Shown one piece after another: positions 13,420 to 25,119 of a stretch of 64,000 nucleotides of DNA. Both the position numbers and the translations under genes were made by a program. The DNA lies in assembly GCA_038087875.1 (NCBI GenBank), contig CM075984.1:35278001-35342000 (forward strand). The letters are read 5' to 3'. This DNA comes from Malacoraja senta (taxonomy: Eukaryota). The notes beneath the pieces were generated by a model. That model made no database searches and had not been told where the DNA came from. It worked only from the letters and a program-made list of their open reading frames with translations. Every line of letters begins with the position of its first letter. The stretch's first letter is position 1.

Positions 13420-15370
13420 AGAGTTTAAACAAGAGAGGCAGGTGGGGGAGGGGGGGGGGGGGTGAGAACCAGAGTGGTAGGTCAGCAATTGGAAGGAATG
13501 ATGGGAAGGTAAATGTTAGGTCCAGTCAGTCACAAAGGAAGGACAGGCAGGGAGTGAGAGGTGAAGGAATATGGTGAAGCTGACGGACTATTTCAACGTA
13601 AGGAGTATTGTGGGGATAGCAGATGAACTTAGAGCCTGGATCAGTGCATGGAAATATGATATTGTGGTCATTGCGGAAACATGGTTGCGAGAGAGACATG
13701 ACTGGACGGGTCAATGTTCCAAGGTTTCGATATTTTGGATGTGATAGAGAGAGAGGAATAAGAGGTGGAGGAGTTGCTTTTCTAATCAGGGAGACTCTCA
13801 CGGCCAGGGGCGGAAAACCCAGGGGGTGGGGGGGCAGAGGGGACAGGTTCCCTCCATGTTTTGAGAGGTGGGGGACATCCCCCCCCAAGTTTTTGTTATC
13901 CGGATTTTAAAACCCGGTGATATCTCCGCTTTCCGCGAGACAGTGGGGGTGGGACTGCTGATCGAGGGCGCCGATTGGACGAGAGAGACGTCGGTCAGCA
14001 GGCAATGGGGGCGGGACATCATAATTCAGCGCGATGATTGGAGGAGGGAGTAGTGGGGGGGGGTGGGCCTGAGGATAGAGTGCGGTGATTGGAGGAGGGA
14101 GACGTGGCACAGACCTGCGCCTCATCCGCAGGCAGGATGGATCTCGGCCGGGTCTCCGGCGCTGTCCCGTCCCCACCCAAGTGCCCCCCCCCCCAAGTGA
14201 CCAGAGAGGTCGGCAGCAAAGATCCTCCGCTATAGGATCTTTGGTCGGTAGTCAGACGCGAACGGTGCCCCCAGACCCACAGCCAGCGCAGAGAAGCAGC
14301 GCTAAACCAGGTCAACTGCCTGTCCCGCCAGGTGAGCCTACAGCCCTTCCTGGACTTGCGGGAAATATGGCCAGCGCGGAGAAGCAGCGCTGGTATCCCG
14401 TCAGTCCAGACAGGGCTGTAGTTAACCCCGTGAGACAGGCAGAGGAGCTGCATTCAGCGCTGGATTGAGTCTCCGTAGCAAAGATACTACCTCGCGCATG
14501 TGTGAGTGTGTGTGCGCATGCGCGCACGGCCGCCAAAAAATTGTGTCCCCCGTCCCCTCCATGTTTTGATAGCGAGTTCCGCTCTTGCTCACGGCAGCAC
14601 TCAAAGAGGACATTCTGGACGGTTCATCGGCTGAGGCGATATGGGTAGAGCTCAAAAATCAGAAAGGTGGAAGCACTCTAATAGGTTTGTAGTATAGAAC
14701 CCCCAAGAGCCAGCAGGGTATAGAGGAACAAATGTGTAGACTGATTACCTGGGCTGTTCTAGTGGGTGACTTTAACTTCCCCATTATTGACTGGGACTTG
14801 CTCAATGCCAAAGGCTTAGGCGGGGCAGTATTTGTGAGATGTATCCAAGTGGGTTTCCTGAAACCGTATGCGGATAGTCCAACCCGGGAAGGGAACATCC
14901 TGGATATTGTGTTGGGAAATGAGCCTGGCCAGGTGATGGTGTTTCAGTGGAAGAGCATTTTGGAGGATACTGATCACAACTCCAATGGCTTTAAGATTGT
15001 TTTGAATAGGGATAAGTTTGGACCTTGCAAGGTTACTAAGTTGGAGGGAGGCAAATTACTATGTAATTAGGCAGGAGCTCGGGAGGGTACATTGAGAGTA
15101 GTTATTTATTGGGTACGTCCACATCTGACATGTGGGAGTTGTTTGAAGGCCAGTTGATTCATGTTCAGAGCTAAAAAAGAGGGATAAGGATGGCAAAGTA
15201 AGGGAACTTTGGATGACCAAACAGGTTGTAAATTTGGACAAAATGAAAAAGGAAGTCTATGCAAGGTTTAAGAAGATTAAATCAGACAGGGCCTTTGAGG
15301 AATATAACGCAAGGAGGAAAGAACTCAAGCGGGCGAATAGAAGAGCCAAAAGGGCCTTAAAATGGTGAGT
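13420..15370 (+). mobile_element. Degenerate CR1 LINE ORF2 N-terminal part (APE endonuclease), interrupted by a hAT MITE
   Basis: Motifs YFNVRSI, DIVVIAETW, RGGGVAFLIRE, IWVEL, VGDFNFP.IDW, ILDIVL and DHN, spread over several frames. Confidence 0.85.
13805..14587. mobile_element. Non-autonomous hAT-type DNA transposon (MITE), 783 bp
   Basis: Perfect 8-bp TSD ctcacggc (13797-13804 / 14588-14595). Imperfect TIRs CAGGGGCGGAAAAC / CAAGAGCGGAACTC(rc). The subterminal repeat ccctccatgttttga occurs near both ends. Confidence 0.85.
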
Positions 15371-15631
15371 TGGATGAAAGAAACAGTTACTCTCAAAGGG
15401 ATCTGTGGACATTTATTTATATTCAGCTATTACTTATATTATGAAGCTTTCCATCCATCCTATTTATGAATAATTACATTATTATTATTCATTTTCCTTC
15501 ATGTTCTTGAATACTTTGACACTCGTCAATGTGACAGTGTTCATTGAATCTTCACTTTCCAGTTTCATTGCTTTCTCCAACACAAGGAATGCAGTTCCAG
15601 GCAATGTTAATGAAGTTAGATGAACAAGACA

Positions 15632-15753
15632 AAGGATCTTGACCCGAAACGTCACCTATTCCTTCTCTCCAGAGATGCTGCCTGTCCCGCTGAGTTACCC
15701 CAGCTTTTTGTGTCTATCTTCGGTTTAAACCAGCATCTGCAGTTCCTTCCTAC
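15632..15753 (+). mobile_element. Short Penelope-terminal-repeat insertion (5'-truncated inside the hammerhead core)
   Basis: Sequence gacccgaaacgtcacctattcc...gcatctgcagttcc, flanked by TSD acaagaca (15624-15631 / 15754-15761). Confidence 0.75.
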
Positions 15754-16039
15754 ACAAGACAGAGGACTGTTGCAGACAGTGCCTCAGGTGCAGAGGAATT
15801 TACAATTCATTTTGTTTTTATTAAATATTTTCAATATTAACCATTAATTCTAATATTTTAAATGTTTAATAAAAATGAAAAATATTGTAAATCTTAACCA
15901 TTAGTGAGAGGAGGTGATGAGGGGGGGGGAGAGGAGAGTATTACCTGCTGATTTATTCCTCTTGTCTTGAGAGGTGAGTTATTGGAGAAGACTGGACAAT
16001 GTTCCATTACTCCATCCTATTGACAATGACCTCTCAGAA

Positions 16040-16140
16040 CTGAAGGTAGACAAAAATGCTGGAGGAACTCAGCGGGTGAGGCAGCATCTATGGAGAGAAG
16101 GAATAGGAGACATTTCGGGTCGAGACCTTTCTTCAGACTG
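16040..16140 (-). mobile_element. Penelope-terminal-repeat copy
   Basis: The minus strand reads agtctgaagaaaggtctcgacccgaaatgtc. Confidence 0.75.
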
Positions 16141-16970
16141 TATTGAAGCACAATATCCACACACTGTTTCCTCACTCAGTATTGAAGAGTCAGATAGGAA
16201 TTCCTAAAAAATAATGTCCCCTGTGAACACCAAACACCCCTTAATGAATGAGATAAGTCCAATGTGCGTATGCTGCTGTATAGCACCACAGACCAGCAGT
16301 GAGTTGCAAGGCAGGGGCCTGTGGCTTAGCTGATTCTACTGCCACCAACAGGAAGAAAATATATTGTTGCAGCATCATCCAGTCTCTGCTTTTATTCACA
16401 AATCTTTCGTTTTTCTATTTGATGGAGATAATTTTCTTTGAAGTCAATTTTACGTAATAATTTGGATCCTTTAACTGTCATTTATTCACATGTTAGAGCG
16501 TATTATATCAGGACTTTAAGAGGGTACAATGGATTATGTAACATTTCTTTTACATAAATAGCGTGCCATTTTCTCTCTCAGTTACCTACCACTGACAACC
16601 TGTGCGCATTGGCCGTCACTGGCTGTTCATGCTCGGTTACCAAGCAGCATTTATTTCATCTCTAGCTTTGCTGAGCTTCTCAGCAGCCTTGTCACATTTA
16701 CATCTGTGGCAGCAATCCAGTTAAAAGTGAGGTTCAGTCTGGAGTGCTTGGCATGCTGTAGGTAGGTGTTGACCTGAAGCATTCTACGTGAAGTCGCTGG
16801 TATTTCATCTGACTTAAACAGCCACAGTTAGTTCACAATTTATAAAAGAATCTCGCATTCTCATTCAGATGGAGCAAATGTGACCTGCTTATTTTTGTAA
16901 GAGGAAAGCTAAAGTTTGTACACCCCATTGGAAAGGTGACTTTAATAACATGTTCCCTGATTCCTTGCAG

Positions 16971-17150
16971 CTCATCAGCGATGGCAGTGTGGTATATGCA
17001 GAGGCCCTCTGGGACCATATCACCATGGATGACCAGGAGCTGGGCTTCAAAGCTGGTGATGTCATTGAAGTAGTGGATGCGACGAACAAAGAGTGGTGGT
17101 GGGGGCGGATTGTGGACAGTGAAGGCTGGTTCCCTGCCAGCTTTGTGCGG
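16971..17150 (+). CDS. ARHGEF4: ARHGEF4 (Asef) SH3-domain exon, 180 bp, phase 0-0
   Basis: Acceptor ttccttgcag| and donor |gtaaga. Encodes [60 protein letters not shown], nearly identical to the Asef SH3 as recalled ([34 protein letters not shown]..), and closer to it than to ARHGEF9 (LITGDS..MANRELAF). Confidence 0.93.
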
Positions 17151-17210
17151 GTAAGAGCTGATACAGGTTGGGGCAATGACAGGACACAAAGAGGGCCAAG
17201 CAATATCAAT

Positions 17211-17374
17211 AAACCAAATACATACACAAAAACCTGGAGTAACTCAGCGGGACAGGCAGCATCTCTGGAGAGAAGGAATGGGTGACGTTTCAGGTCGAGA
17301 CCCTTCTTCAGTCTGAACTCCAGCTTTTTGCGTCTATCTTCGGTTTAAACCAGCATCTGCAGTTCCTTCTTACA
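17211..17374. mobile_element. Short Penelope-terminal-repeat insertion with internal inversion; hammerhead-like core on - strand (17281-17311)
   Basis: 10-bp TSD caatatcaat (17201-17210 / 17375-17384). The minus strand reads ctgaagaagggtctcgacctgaaacgtcacc. Confidence 0.8.
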
Positions 17375-18147
17375 CAATATCAATGAGCCAGCCTGATATA
17401 AACATAAACAAGAACTAAAGTAAAGGCAGGTTGCAAACATTGGCAACACAGGAAAGTTGAACACTGCCTAGACGTACTGATCAAAAGGGCATAAGAGATA
17501 CAAGGAGAATTAAGCCATTCAGCCCATCGAGTCTGCTCTGCCATTCAATGATGATTGATCTACTTTTCCCTCTCAACCCCATCCTTCTGCTTGCAGTTCC
17601 TTGTATTTTCAACCGTATTTTTATTCTAACTTTCTATTATCTAACTGACCTCATTAGCAGGATGCAGACTAGAATCTGAAAATGCTTGCAATCCTCAGAG
17701 TTTTTTTTTATTTTCTGTTTTTATTTCCGATCTGCAGTTTTGTATTGATTTTCAAACTGCAGCAAAGATAGGCATAAGAAATTGTTTAACTGCTGCTAGT
17801 AGAAAAGTGGTTTGAAAGTTGATAATTGAAAAAATAGATTTTTGTTTAATAAGTAGGGAGAGAAATGCATCTTCGGACACCATCCCTATGCATGTGAGTT
17901 CATTGACACTGGTTGTACTCATTCCGTTCCTGCCCATTTCTATTAACATCATAGAACATAGAACAGTACAGCACAGGAACAGTCCTTTCAGCCCACAATG
18001 TCCACATGATGCCAAGATTAACTAATCTCTGCCTGCACATGATCCATATCCCTCCATTCACTGCATATACACGTGCCTATTTAAAAGCTTCTTAAACACC
18101 ACTATTCAGTGGGACTGAATGCTAATTGTCAGGTTTCATTCCTAAAG

Positions 18148-18342
18148 TTGTGGGTCAACCAGGATGAACCCATGGAAGAATATCCTGTGAAGGTGGAAGA
18201 TGGGAAACTTGATGACCCCAACAGTGCTAATCGTTGCCTGGCCAAAGGCCAGTCAAAGAAAGACCAAATGAGGACGAATGTCATCAGTGAGATCATGAGC
18301 ACTGAGAATGATTACATCAAACACTTAAAGGATATCTGTGAG
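18148..18342 (+). CDS. ARHGEF4: ARHGEF4 SH3-DH linker / DH start exon, 195 bp
   Basis: Acceptor cctaaag| and donor |gtaagg. Encodes LWVNQDEP...[30 protein letters not shown], the first DH helix. Confidence 0.92.
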
Positions 18343-18917
18343 GTAAGGAATAGATGCTACTTTACCAGTATGACTTGTGTGTGGGTTTTGAAGAGAACGG
18401 TTACAGCCCAAATACCAGTCATCTTATATTTCTTGCTCCAGAGAGTTGAAAAATGGGTATGCATCTTCTTCATAAAGTTTTCATTTGGAACTTCTGAAGT
18501 GGTGCCAAATCTAATATAAGTGAGATCAACAGCAACACTGGGGAAAATGGGAGCACAGATTCATCTCACCAGTAATAGATCTGTAGATTAATTCAGTGCA
18601 CTGGCATTATTCGAATGGATGAACACCTGAACAAAATATAAACTTTTAAAAAAAGGGTTCTTGTGAGCTCGCTTGAAAATAGTACTCTATTGATTTTTAA
18701 TATGTGGGAAGCGTTGATAAAATATTTTAACATATTATACTGAGATTTCCAGAAAACATTTGATATGGTGCTGCATCAAAGACAATGAAAGCTAATGGTG
18801 GAGGAAAATCCTCTGGTATGGGTAGAAGATTGGCTAGCTAACGAGAAGCAGTGTGGACATAGAAGGGACTTTCCTGGTTGGTGAGATCAAATGAGGAGTC
18901 CTTTACTGAACTCAGAT

Positions 18918-18985
18918 TTTTGTAATACTTATTTTGTAAACTTGTAATACTTTTGTAATACTTTTGTAATACTTCTGTAAACTTA
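18918..18985 (+). repeat. (ttttgtaatac)n minisatellite inside a degenerate CR1 fragment
   Basis: About 6 imperfect 9-13 bp units. Confidence 0.75.
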
Positions 18986-19744
18986 AATAAAATCAGCAAA
19001 AGTCTGGTTGCCAAATATATTGAGGCAACAGAGATAGAAATAGGCTGGAAGTTATGAAGAGAACATAAGGAAGCTAAAAGATAGATAGGTTAAGTGAACA
19101 GGAAAATGGCCTGGCAAGTGTTGTATAGTATGGGAAAATGTGAAACTGTCCAGTCTGAGAGGAAAAATAAAAAATAAACATATGATCTAAAGTGACGTTT
19201 TCCTTATTTATCTGTTCATACACATCATCGCAGAGGCATGATCTACCAATTCCATGCTCAAGGGATCAAATTTGGAACCTAATGTTCTGCTCAATTGTCA
19301 CTGACCTAAGACATTAACATCATTTTTTTCTCCAGAGATGCTGTCTGATCTGCTGAGATTTTCCAGCATTTTCTATGTTTATGGCCTTTCTGATCTACAT
19401 TATTCAGTTCACTGTCAAAATTCACTGGTGGGCCACCACTGCCAACAGGACATATGAAAATAATGTTCCTTGTATGAGTAGCATTTTTGAATTTGCTGTG
19501 CAGAAAATATTCCAAAGCAAGTCATTTTCACCCTGTCATAATTGTAATGTAGGAGCTATAATGGTACATTTATAACATACTGACCATTGCTTTGGAAATT
19601 CAAGGAGGGTATGAATTTGCTTTAAGTGCTGACTCATCCCTAATAGTGTTATCCATCCCATTCCAAGTGCAGAATCAATCTTTGTCCGCCCACCCCTACT
19701 ATTGCATTGACAATCAGGTAAAGCTGCTCATTTATTCCCTACAG

Positions 19745-19925
19745 GGTTATGTTAAGCAATGCCGTAAAAGGGACAGACATGTTCACAGAAGAACAGCTAC
19801 GCACCATTTTTGGGAACATTGAAGACATCTACAGATTCCAGAAAAGGTTTCTGAAAGACCTGGAAAAGAAATTCAACAAAGATGAGCCCCATCTGAGTGA
19901 GATTGGATCCTGTTTTCTTGAATTT
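19745..19925 (+). CDS. ARHGEF4: ARHGEF4 DH exon with an apparent 1-bp insertion (181 bp where 180 is needed)
   Basis: Acceptor ttccctacag| and donor |gtgagt. GYVKQCRKR is in one frame and (T)[50 protein letters not shown] is in the +1 frame; the shift is at aaaagggacagac (~19770-19773). Confidence 0.9.
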
Positions 19926-20094
19926 GTGAGTAATTTTAGCCGTTCCTCTAAAGAAAGCATTGAAGCAAATGGTATTTGTTTTACAAATAATCGTTATTTT
20001 TGTTCTTTTAGCCTTTGAATCAGATATTCTGAGATATTAGAAGAACTCACATGTCCTCTGGGGGCTGGGACCAAAGTGAACCCATTTCTGAGGA

Positions 20095-20334
20095 TAGACT
20101 CAAAAAGCTGGAGTAACTCAGCGGGTCAGACAGCATCTCTGGAGAAAAGGAATAGTGATGTTTCGAGTCAAGATCCTTCTTTAGACTGAGTCAGGGGAAA
20201 GGGAAGTGAGAGATATAGATGGTGACGCAGCGAGATATAGAACAAATGAATGAATGATATGCAAATAACCCACTGAGTTGCTCCAGCTTTTCGTGCCTTT
20301 CTTCGGTTTAAACCAGCATCTGCAGTTCCACCCT
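20095..20334. mobile_element. Short Penelope-terminal-repeat insertion with internal inversion
   Basis: 15-bp TSD acccatttctgagga (20080-20094 / 20335-20349). An antisense piece of the repeat is followed by a sense piece. Confidence 0.82.
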
Positions 20335-20409
20335 ACCCATTTCTGAGGAGATGTTTCTTTTACTGTATTTGTCATCTACTGACTTTTCTGTACTGTTTGT
20401 CTTTTCCAG

Positions 20410-20501
20410 CAGGCAGATTTCCAGATATATTCAGAATACTGCAACAACCATCCTAATGCTTATGCAGAGCTCTCCAAACTCATGAAGATCAACAAATATG
20501 T
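20410..20501 (+). CDS. ARHGEF4: ARHGEF4 DH exon, truncated by the assembly gap
   Basis: Acceptor cttttccag|. Encodes [30 protein letters not shown](V) and then runs into Ns. Confidence 0.9.
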
Positions 20502-20701
20502 NNNNNNNNNNNNNNNNNNNNNNNNNNNNNNNNNNNNNNNNNNNNNNNNNNNNNNNNNNNNNNNNNNNNNNNNNNNNNNNNNNNNNNNNNNNNNNNNNNN
20601 NNNNNNNNNNNNNNNNNNNNNNNNNNNNNNNNNNNNNNNNNNNNNNNNNNNNNNNNNNNNNNNNNNNNNNNNNNNNNNNNNNNNNNNNNNNNNNNNNNNN
20701 N
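20502..20701. other. Assembly gap (200 N)
   Basis: Exactly 200 N, a round placeholder length typical of a scaffold join. Confidence 0.99.
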
Positions 20702-21006
20702 CCCCATTTTTACTGACATGATTATATTAAATTTAAAATTATATTATTTTTTATATTAAAAAAAGGTTGTACTGCCACATAATGCAGACGTTGAGATAAA
20801 GGAGACTGATAATATTACAGGTGGAAGTCCGTGATCTTGGTGATAATGAGGTGTCAAATTGGGATTATAAACACTTATGATCCCCATTGAGTGGGGTATG
20901 GGTTAATAAAGTTGAGAAATGGAGTTGGTGACCCAAATCATGCAATTATTTCCAAATGCAAATGGTTACACCATCGTTCCATTGGAGCCCAATAATACTC
21001 TTGACT

Positions 21007-21150
21007 GTAGAAACAAAGAACTGCAGATGCTGGTTGATTGGTTGTCTTAAACAGGTAGACAAAAAGTGGTGGAGTAACTCAGCAGGCCAGGTAGCATCTC
21101 TGGAGAAAAAGGATAGATGATGTTTCAGGTTTGGACCCTTCTTCAGACAG
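21007..21150 (-). mobile_element. Penelope-terminal-repeat copy
   Basis: gaactgcagatgctgg...gatgtttcaggtttggacccttcttcagac. Confidence 0.72.
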
Positions 21151-21217
21151 ATACATTTGACCGTTGTTTAAAATATCCACCCTTACCAATGACAGCATTA
21201 TCAAAAGGAAAATAAAT

Positions 21218-21327
21218 CTTCCTATATTGTTGGGAACTAATTGAGTTCACAGTGCTGGAATATAAAGCAAACTTCCTATATTGTTGGGACTAATTGAGTT
21301 CACAGTGCTGGAATGTAAAGCAAACTT
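21218..21327 (+). repeat. Tandem duplication, 2 x ~54 bp
   Basis: cttcctatattgttggg(a)actaattgagttcacagtgctggaat(a/g)taaagcaaa occurs twice. Confidence 0.92.
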
Positions 21328-22094
21328 ACACTGCGTAACAAATAATCTTTTAAACCAAACATTAGCTTATCAAGAGGTAATTACTGGCATGCATTACCTC
21401 AAGACATTTTAGTCCTTTGCAGGCAGATTAATTTCAGGGATGCTGAATTTATAGGCATATCAGGCAATAGCACAATATTAACTGAAGCCATTCTATACCA
21501 CATCGAGCTAGAGAAATTAAAACAATGATGGTCCATTAGTACTTTTCGACACAATTAGTTTAAACTGGAAGAAGGGAAGAGGATAGTTAAAATCAACATG
21601 GGGTTTCATGATGATTGTTTCATTACAAATCCATCTGACTCAAATATACGCTGAATTTCCTATCTCTAACAACGTCATACTGGATTGGAACATCATGTTT
21701 AATTCCCTGTCAAATTACATCATTAAACATGTCTAGCGTGACTTTTCTGTGAGAATAACATAAGCAAATTCATGTGCAAAATAAGGAGGAATTACTATTT
21801 ATATTCATTATTTTGAAGGACATTATTTGGTTGGCGAGGCATTGATTCATCTGCTCAGATTCACTCCCCATCACCTTCCTTTGTATTGCTCATCAAATGT
21901 CCACTCAAACAAGAGTCCTGCCACTCACCACCTGCCTACTCCAGAGTAATGTCACTGATTTCATATTCATTTTCAGTTCCTTATTTTTATCTCCTCAGTG
22001 CCTGAACAGAGAGACTCATAGTAATGAATATTGAGTGGACATAGTGAACTACTGACCTATCCATGTTCAAAATTTCCAAGTTACATTATAGTCA

Positions 22095-22337
22095 TATAGC
22101 AACTCAATTTTACCTAGCTGTGAGCTACTATCTACCTCTTTGATGACCCTTGGACTATCCTTGATTGGACTTTGCTGGCTTTACCTTGCACTAAACGATA
22201 TTCCCTTATCATGTATCTGTCTACTGTAAATTGATCGATTGTAATCATGTATTGTCTTTCTGCTGACTGGTTAGCACGCAACAAAAGCTTTTCACTGTAC
22301 ATCGGTACGTGACAATAAACTGAACTGAACTGAACTG
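22095..22337 (+). mobile_element. LINE 3' tail (Rex1/Babar-like); a related reverse fragment lies at ~22605-23090
   Basis: Ends cactgtacatcggtacgtgacaataaa(ctgaa)n. The clade assignment is from memory of tail type only. Confidence 0.5.
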
Positions 22338-24334
22338 CAATGGAAATAGAACAATGACCAAGATTTCAGTCAAAGTGCTGGTTCTATGATGGCTCATGAT
22401 TAGTTAGGGAGTGTGTTTCAGAGCGAGAGACCTCTGAAGGCAACAACTAATTCTCTGTTCAGCTGTCAATGGCTGTGTCCTTGCACTGCACATTGTTTAA
22501 ATACTTAATTTCCATTTTAGGAATAGCTTCTTAAACAAAATGTGCAATATTCACCTTCTGCTTCTTGGTCTAACCAAAATTGCCTTGGAAACATCTGGTA
22601 AAATATTTAGTTTAGTTTATTATTGTCACATGTACCGAAGTACAGGAATAGCATTTGTTTGCTTGCTATCCAGTCAAAGACTATACATAAATACAATCAT
22701 GCCATACACAGTGTACAAATAAAGGATAAAGGGTACACCATTTTATGCAAGATAAAGTTCGATAAAGTCCAATTAAAGATAGTTTAAAGGTCTCCAATGC
22801 AGTAGATGGGAGGTCAGGGCTGCACTCTAGTTGATGCGAGGACTGTTCAGTTATTTGATGAAACTGGGATGGGCTGAGATGAAACTGTCTCTGAATCTGG
22901 AGATATGCATTTTCAAATATCTTACTTCTTGTCTGATGGAAGAACGGTGAAGAGGGAGTGATCAGAGTGAGACTTGATTATGCTGGTAGCCTTGCCAAGG
23001 CAGCATGAAGTGTAGATTGAGTCAGTGGAAGGGAATTTGGTTTGCGAGATGGTCTGGGCGACGTCCACAATTCTCCGCTATTTCTTGTGGTATTTAATAT
23101 CCAGCCCACTACAGTGATGTTATCTGTGAACTTGTAGATTGTCTTTCACCCATAGAAAATTCATCTTGCAACCTCAACTTCAAATTTGGAATTTTATTAT
23201 GGATTAGCAAAGAGCCATCCGTTCTGGATCAGCTTGAATTTTGATTGCTTGGCTTGCTTTAATGCCATTATGGATATTTTAAGTTGTTCAACTTTTTCAG
23301 TTCTCAAATGGAAGAAAAATAGTTCAAATAATGCATATGAATTCCAGATATGCAAAACATATGTCCTAAACATTTTTTTTTTAAACTCAGCCTTCAAGGT
23401 CTTTGCTTTTGGGTTCTACTTCATTTTCATTTCAAGTTTCTTGTTATAGCTCTCATTCAAATATAATGTTTAAAGGAACAAATATGTACAGGAGCAGCAA
23501 GTAATTTGGATGGGATGAAATCATGTCCAAAAGGAAGGAGAGAATTGGAAAACTGTTCAGGTCAATCATTTAAGGTTGAAAGTACAGGTAGCCACTGAAT
23601 TTGGAAAGGGCAAGGATGACTACTAAGAGTTTTGGAACCAGTGCTTTAAGGTTCAATAACCTTAAATGGGGTTGATGGAAGATGACAAAGAAAAAAAGAG
23701 GCTTTCACTAATATAGCACTTCCTGGATATCCAAATCAGTAAATGAGGTTTGTTTCAATTGTAGCTCAGGTCATTCACCAAAGAAGGGCACTATTGAGAC
23801 CACAAACCCCTGGAACAATCTTGTTTTAACATACTGAAATGAGTGGAGTTTATTTTATGCTCAAGCTGCAGACAAGGGAATAGTTTTCACTTTTGATGCA
23901 ACCTCATTTGCACTGCAATTTATACTTGCCCAATATTTGCCTGGAATCTTGTTGAGAATATGACCACATTGCTTCAAATATCAATCCCCCGCCAGCTGAG
24001 TTGAAGGAACATTGCAACTCTAACTTAGTGTTCAATTAAATTTACTTGTATTTGACTTGTTTGCTCGGGGCATCACTGTGTCACCTAAATTAGTGTTTGG
24101 CAATTACTCACTTGTTTCAACTGAATAAAGTGTATCCTGCTCAAAATGATAGATAATAGAAGTGTCATTGTAGCTCAAGTGCATTTGTAACATTGCGTTG
24201 TCACATCTGGCAATTGTGGGATTTTTCCATGTGACCAGCTCCTTGTGCATGTGTGCATTTGCCTCTACAGTGACAATATTTGGTGAGAGGTTGCTTAAAG
24301 TCTGTCGTTGTTGATAAAGCTATTGTTTCTGTAT

Positions 24335-24757
24335 ACATGGAAACATAGAAAATAAGCGCAGGAGTAGGCCATTTGGCTCTTTGAGCCAGCACCGCCATTC
24401 AATATGATCATGTCTGATCATCGAGAATCAGTACCCCGGTCCTGCTTTTTCCCGATATCCCTTGATTCCATTAGCCCTAAGAGCTAATTCTAACTCTCTT
24501 GAAAACATCCAGTGAATTAACCTTCACTGCTTTCTGTGGCAGAGAATTCCACAGAATCACAACTCTCTGGGTGCAAAATGTTTCTCATCTCAGTCCTAAA
24601 TGGCTAACCCCTTATTCTCAAACTGTGACCCCTGGTTCTGGACTCCCCCAACATTGGGAACATTTTTCCTGCATCTAGCCTGTCCAATCCTTTAAGAATT
24701 TATATATATTTCGATATGATTCCCTCTCATCCTTCTAAATTCCAATGAATGCAAGCG
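24335..24757 (-). mobile_element. CR1 LINE 3' fragment
   Basis: Same family as 7172-7770 by direct nucleotide similarity. Confidence 0.88.
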
Positions 24758-25119
24758 AATCCTATATAAAGAAATACTGAAATATATTTATGTATATTGT
24801 TTCTGTAATTTCTCTATTACAATGTATTGCACAACAATGTAAATAAACCAACCAAAACGTCACCTGTCCATTTTCTCCAGAGATGCTGGCTGACCAGCCG
24901 AGTTATTCCAGCACTTTGTGTATTGTGTATTAACCAGTATATGCAGTTCCTTGTTTCTAAATTTGTAATTAAAGTAAATTGTTAGATTGAAGTTTTGTTG
25001 ACAAGAAAAATTCATTCATCAAAGATCATATTTTTGTGGGATCCCTAAGTTCAGCCCGTAATAACACATGAATGTGAGACATTATCTCCGTTAACCTTCA
25101 GAATGATTAAACCAGTCAG

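Noticed and set aside
13526-14655. Dense ORF cluster as a host gene
   Set aside because: Explained by a decayed CR1 endonuclease plus a GC-rich hAT MITE.
16971-20501. Assignment to ARHGEF9 (collybistin) or SPATA13 (Asef2)
   Set aside because: [50 protein letters not shown] and DGALD..GSEEDLY..GGGGEQLAINE fit ARHGEF4 best as recalled. A phylogeny would confirm.
20702-20721. PFLLT right after the gap resembles the DH motif GFLLTPVQK, suggesting the exon continues across the gap
   Set aside because: It is followed immediately by a stop and AT-rich sequence, with no PVQKICKYPL. The post-gap contig belongs upstream of the ABR exon, so this is a chance match.
20482-20721. ORFs spanning the N run
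   Set aside because: Artefacts of translating the assembly gap.
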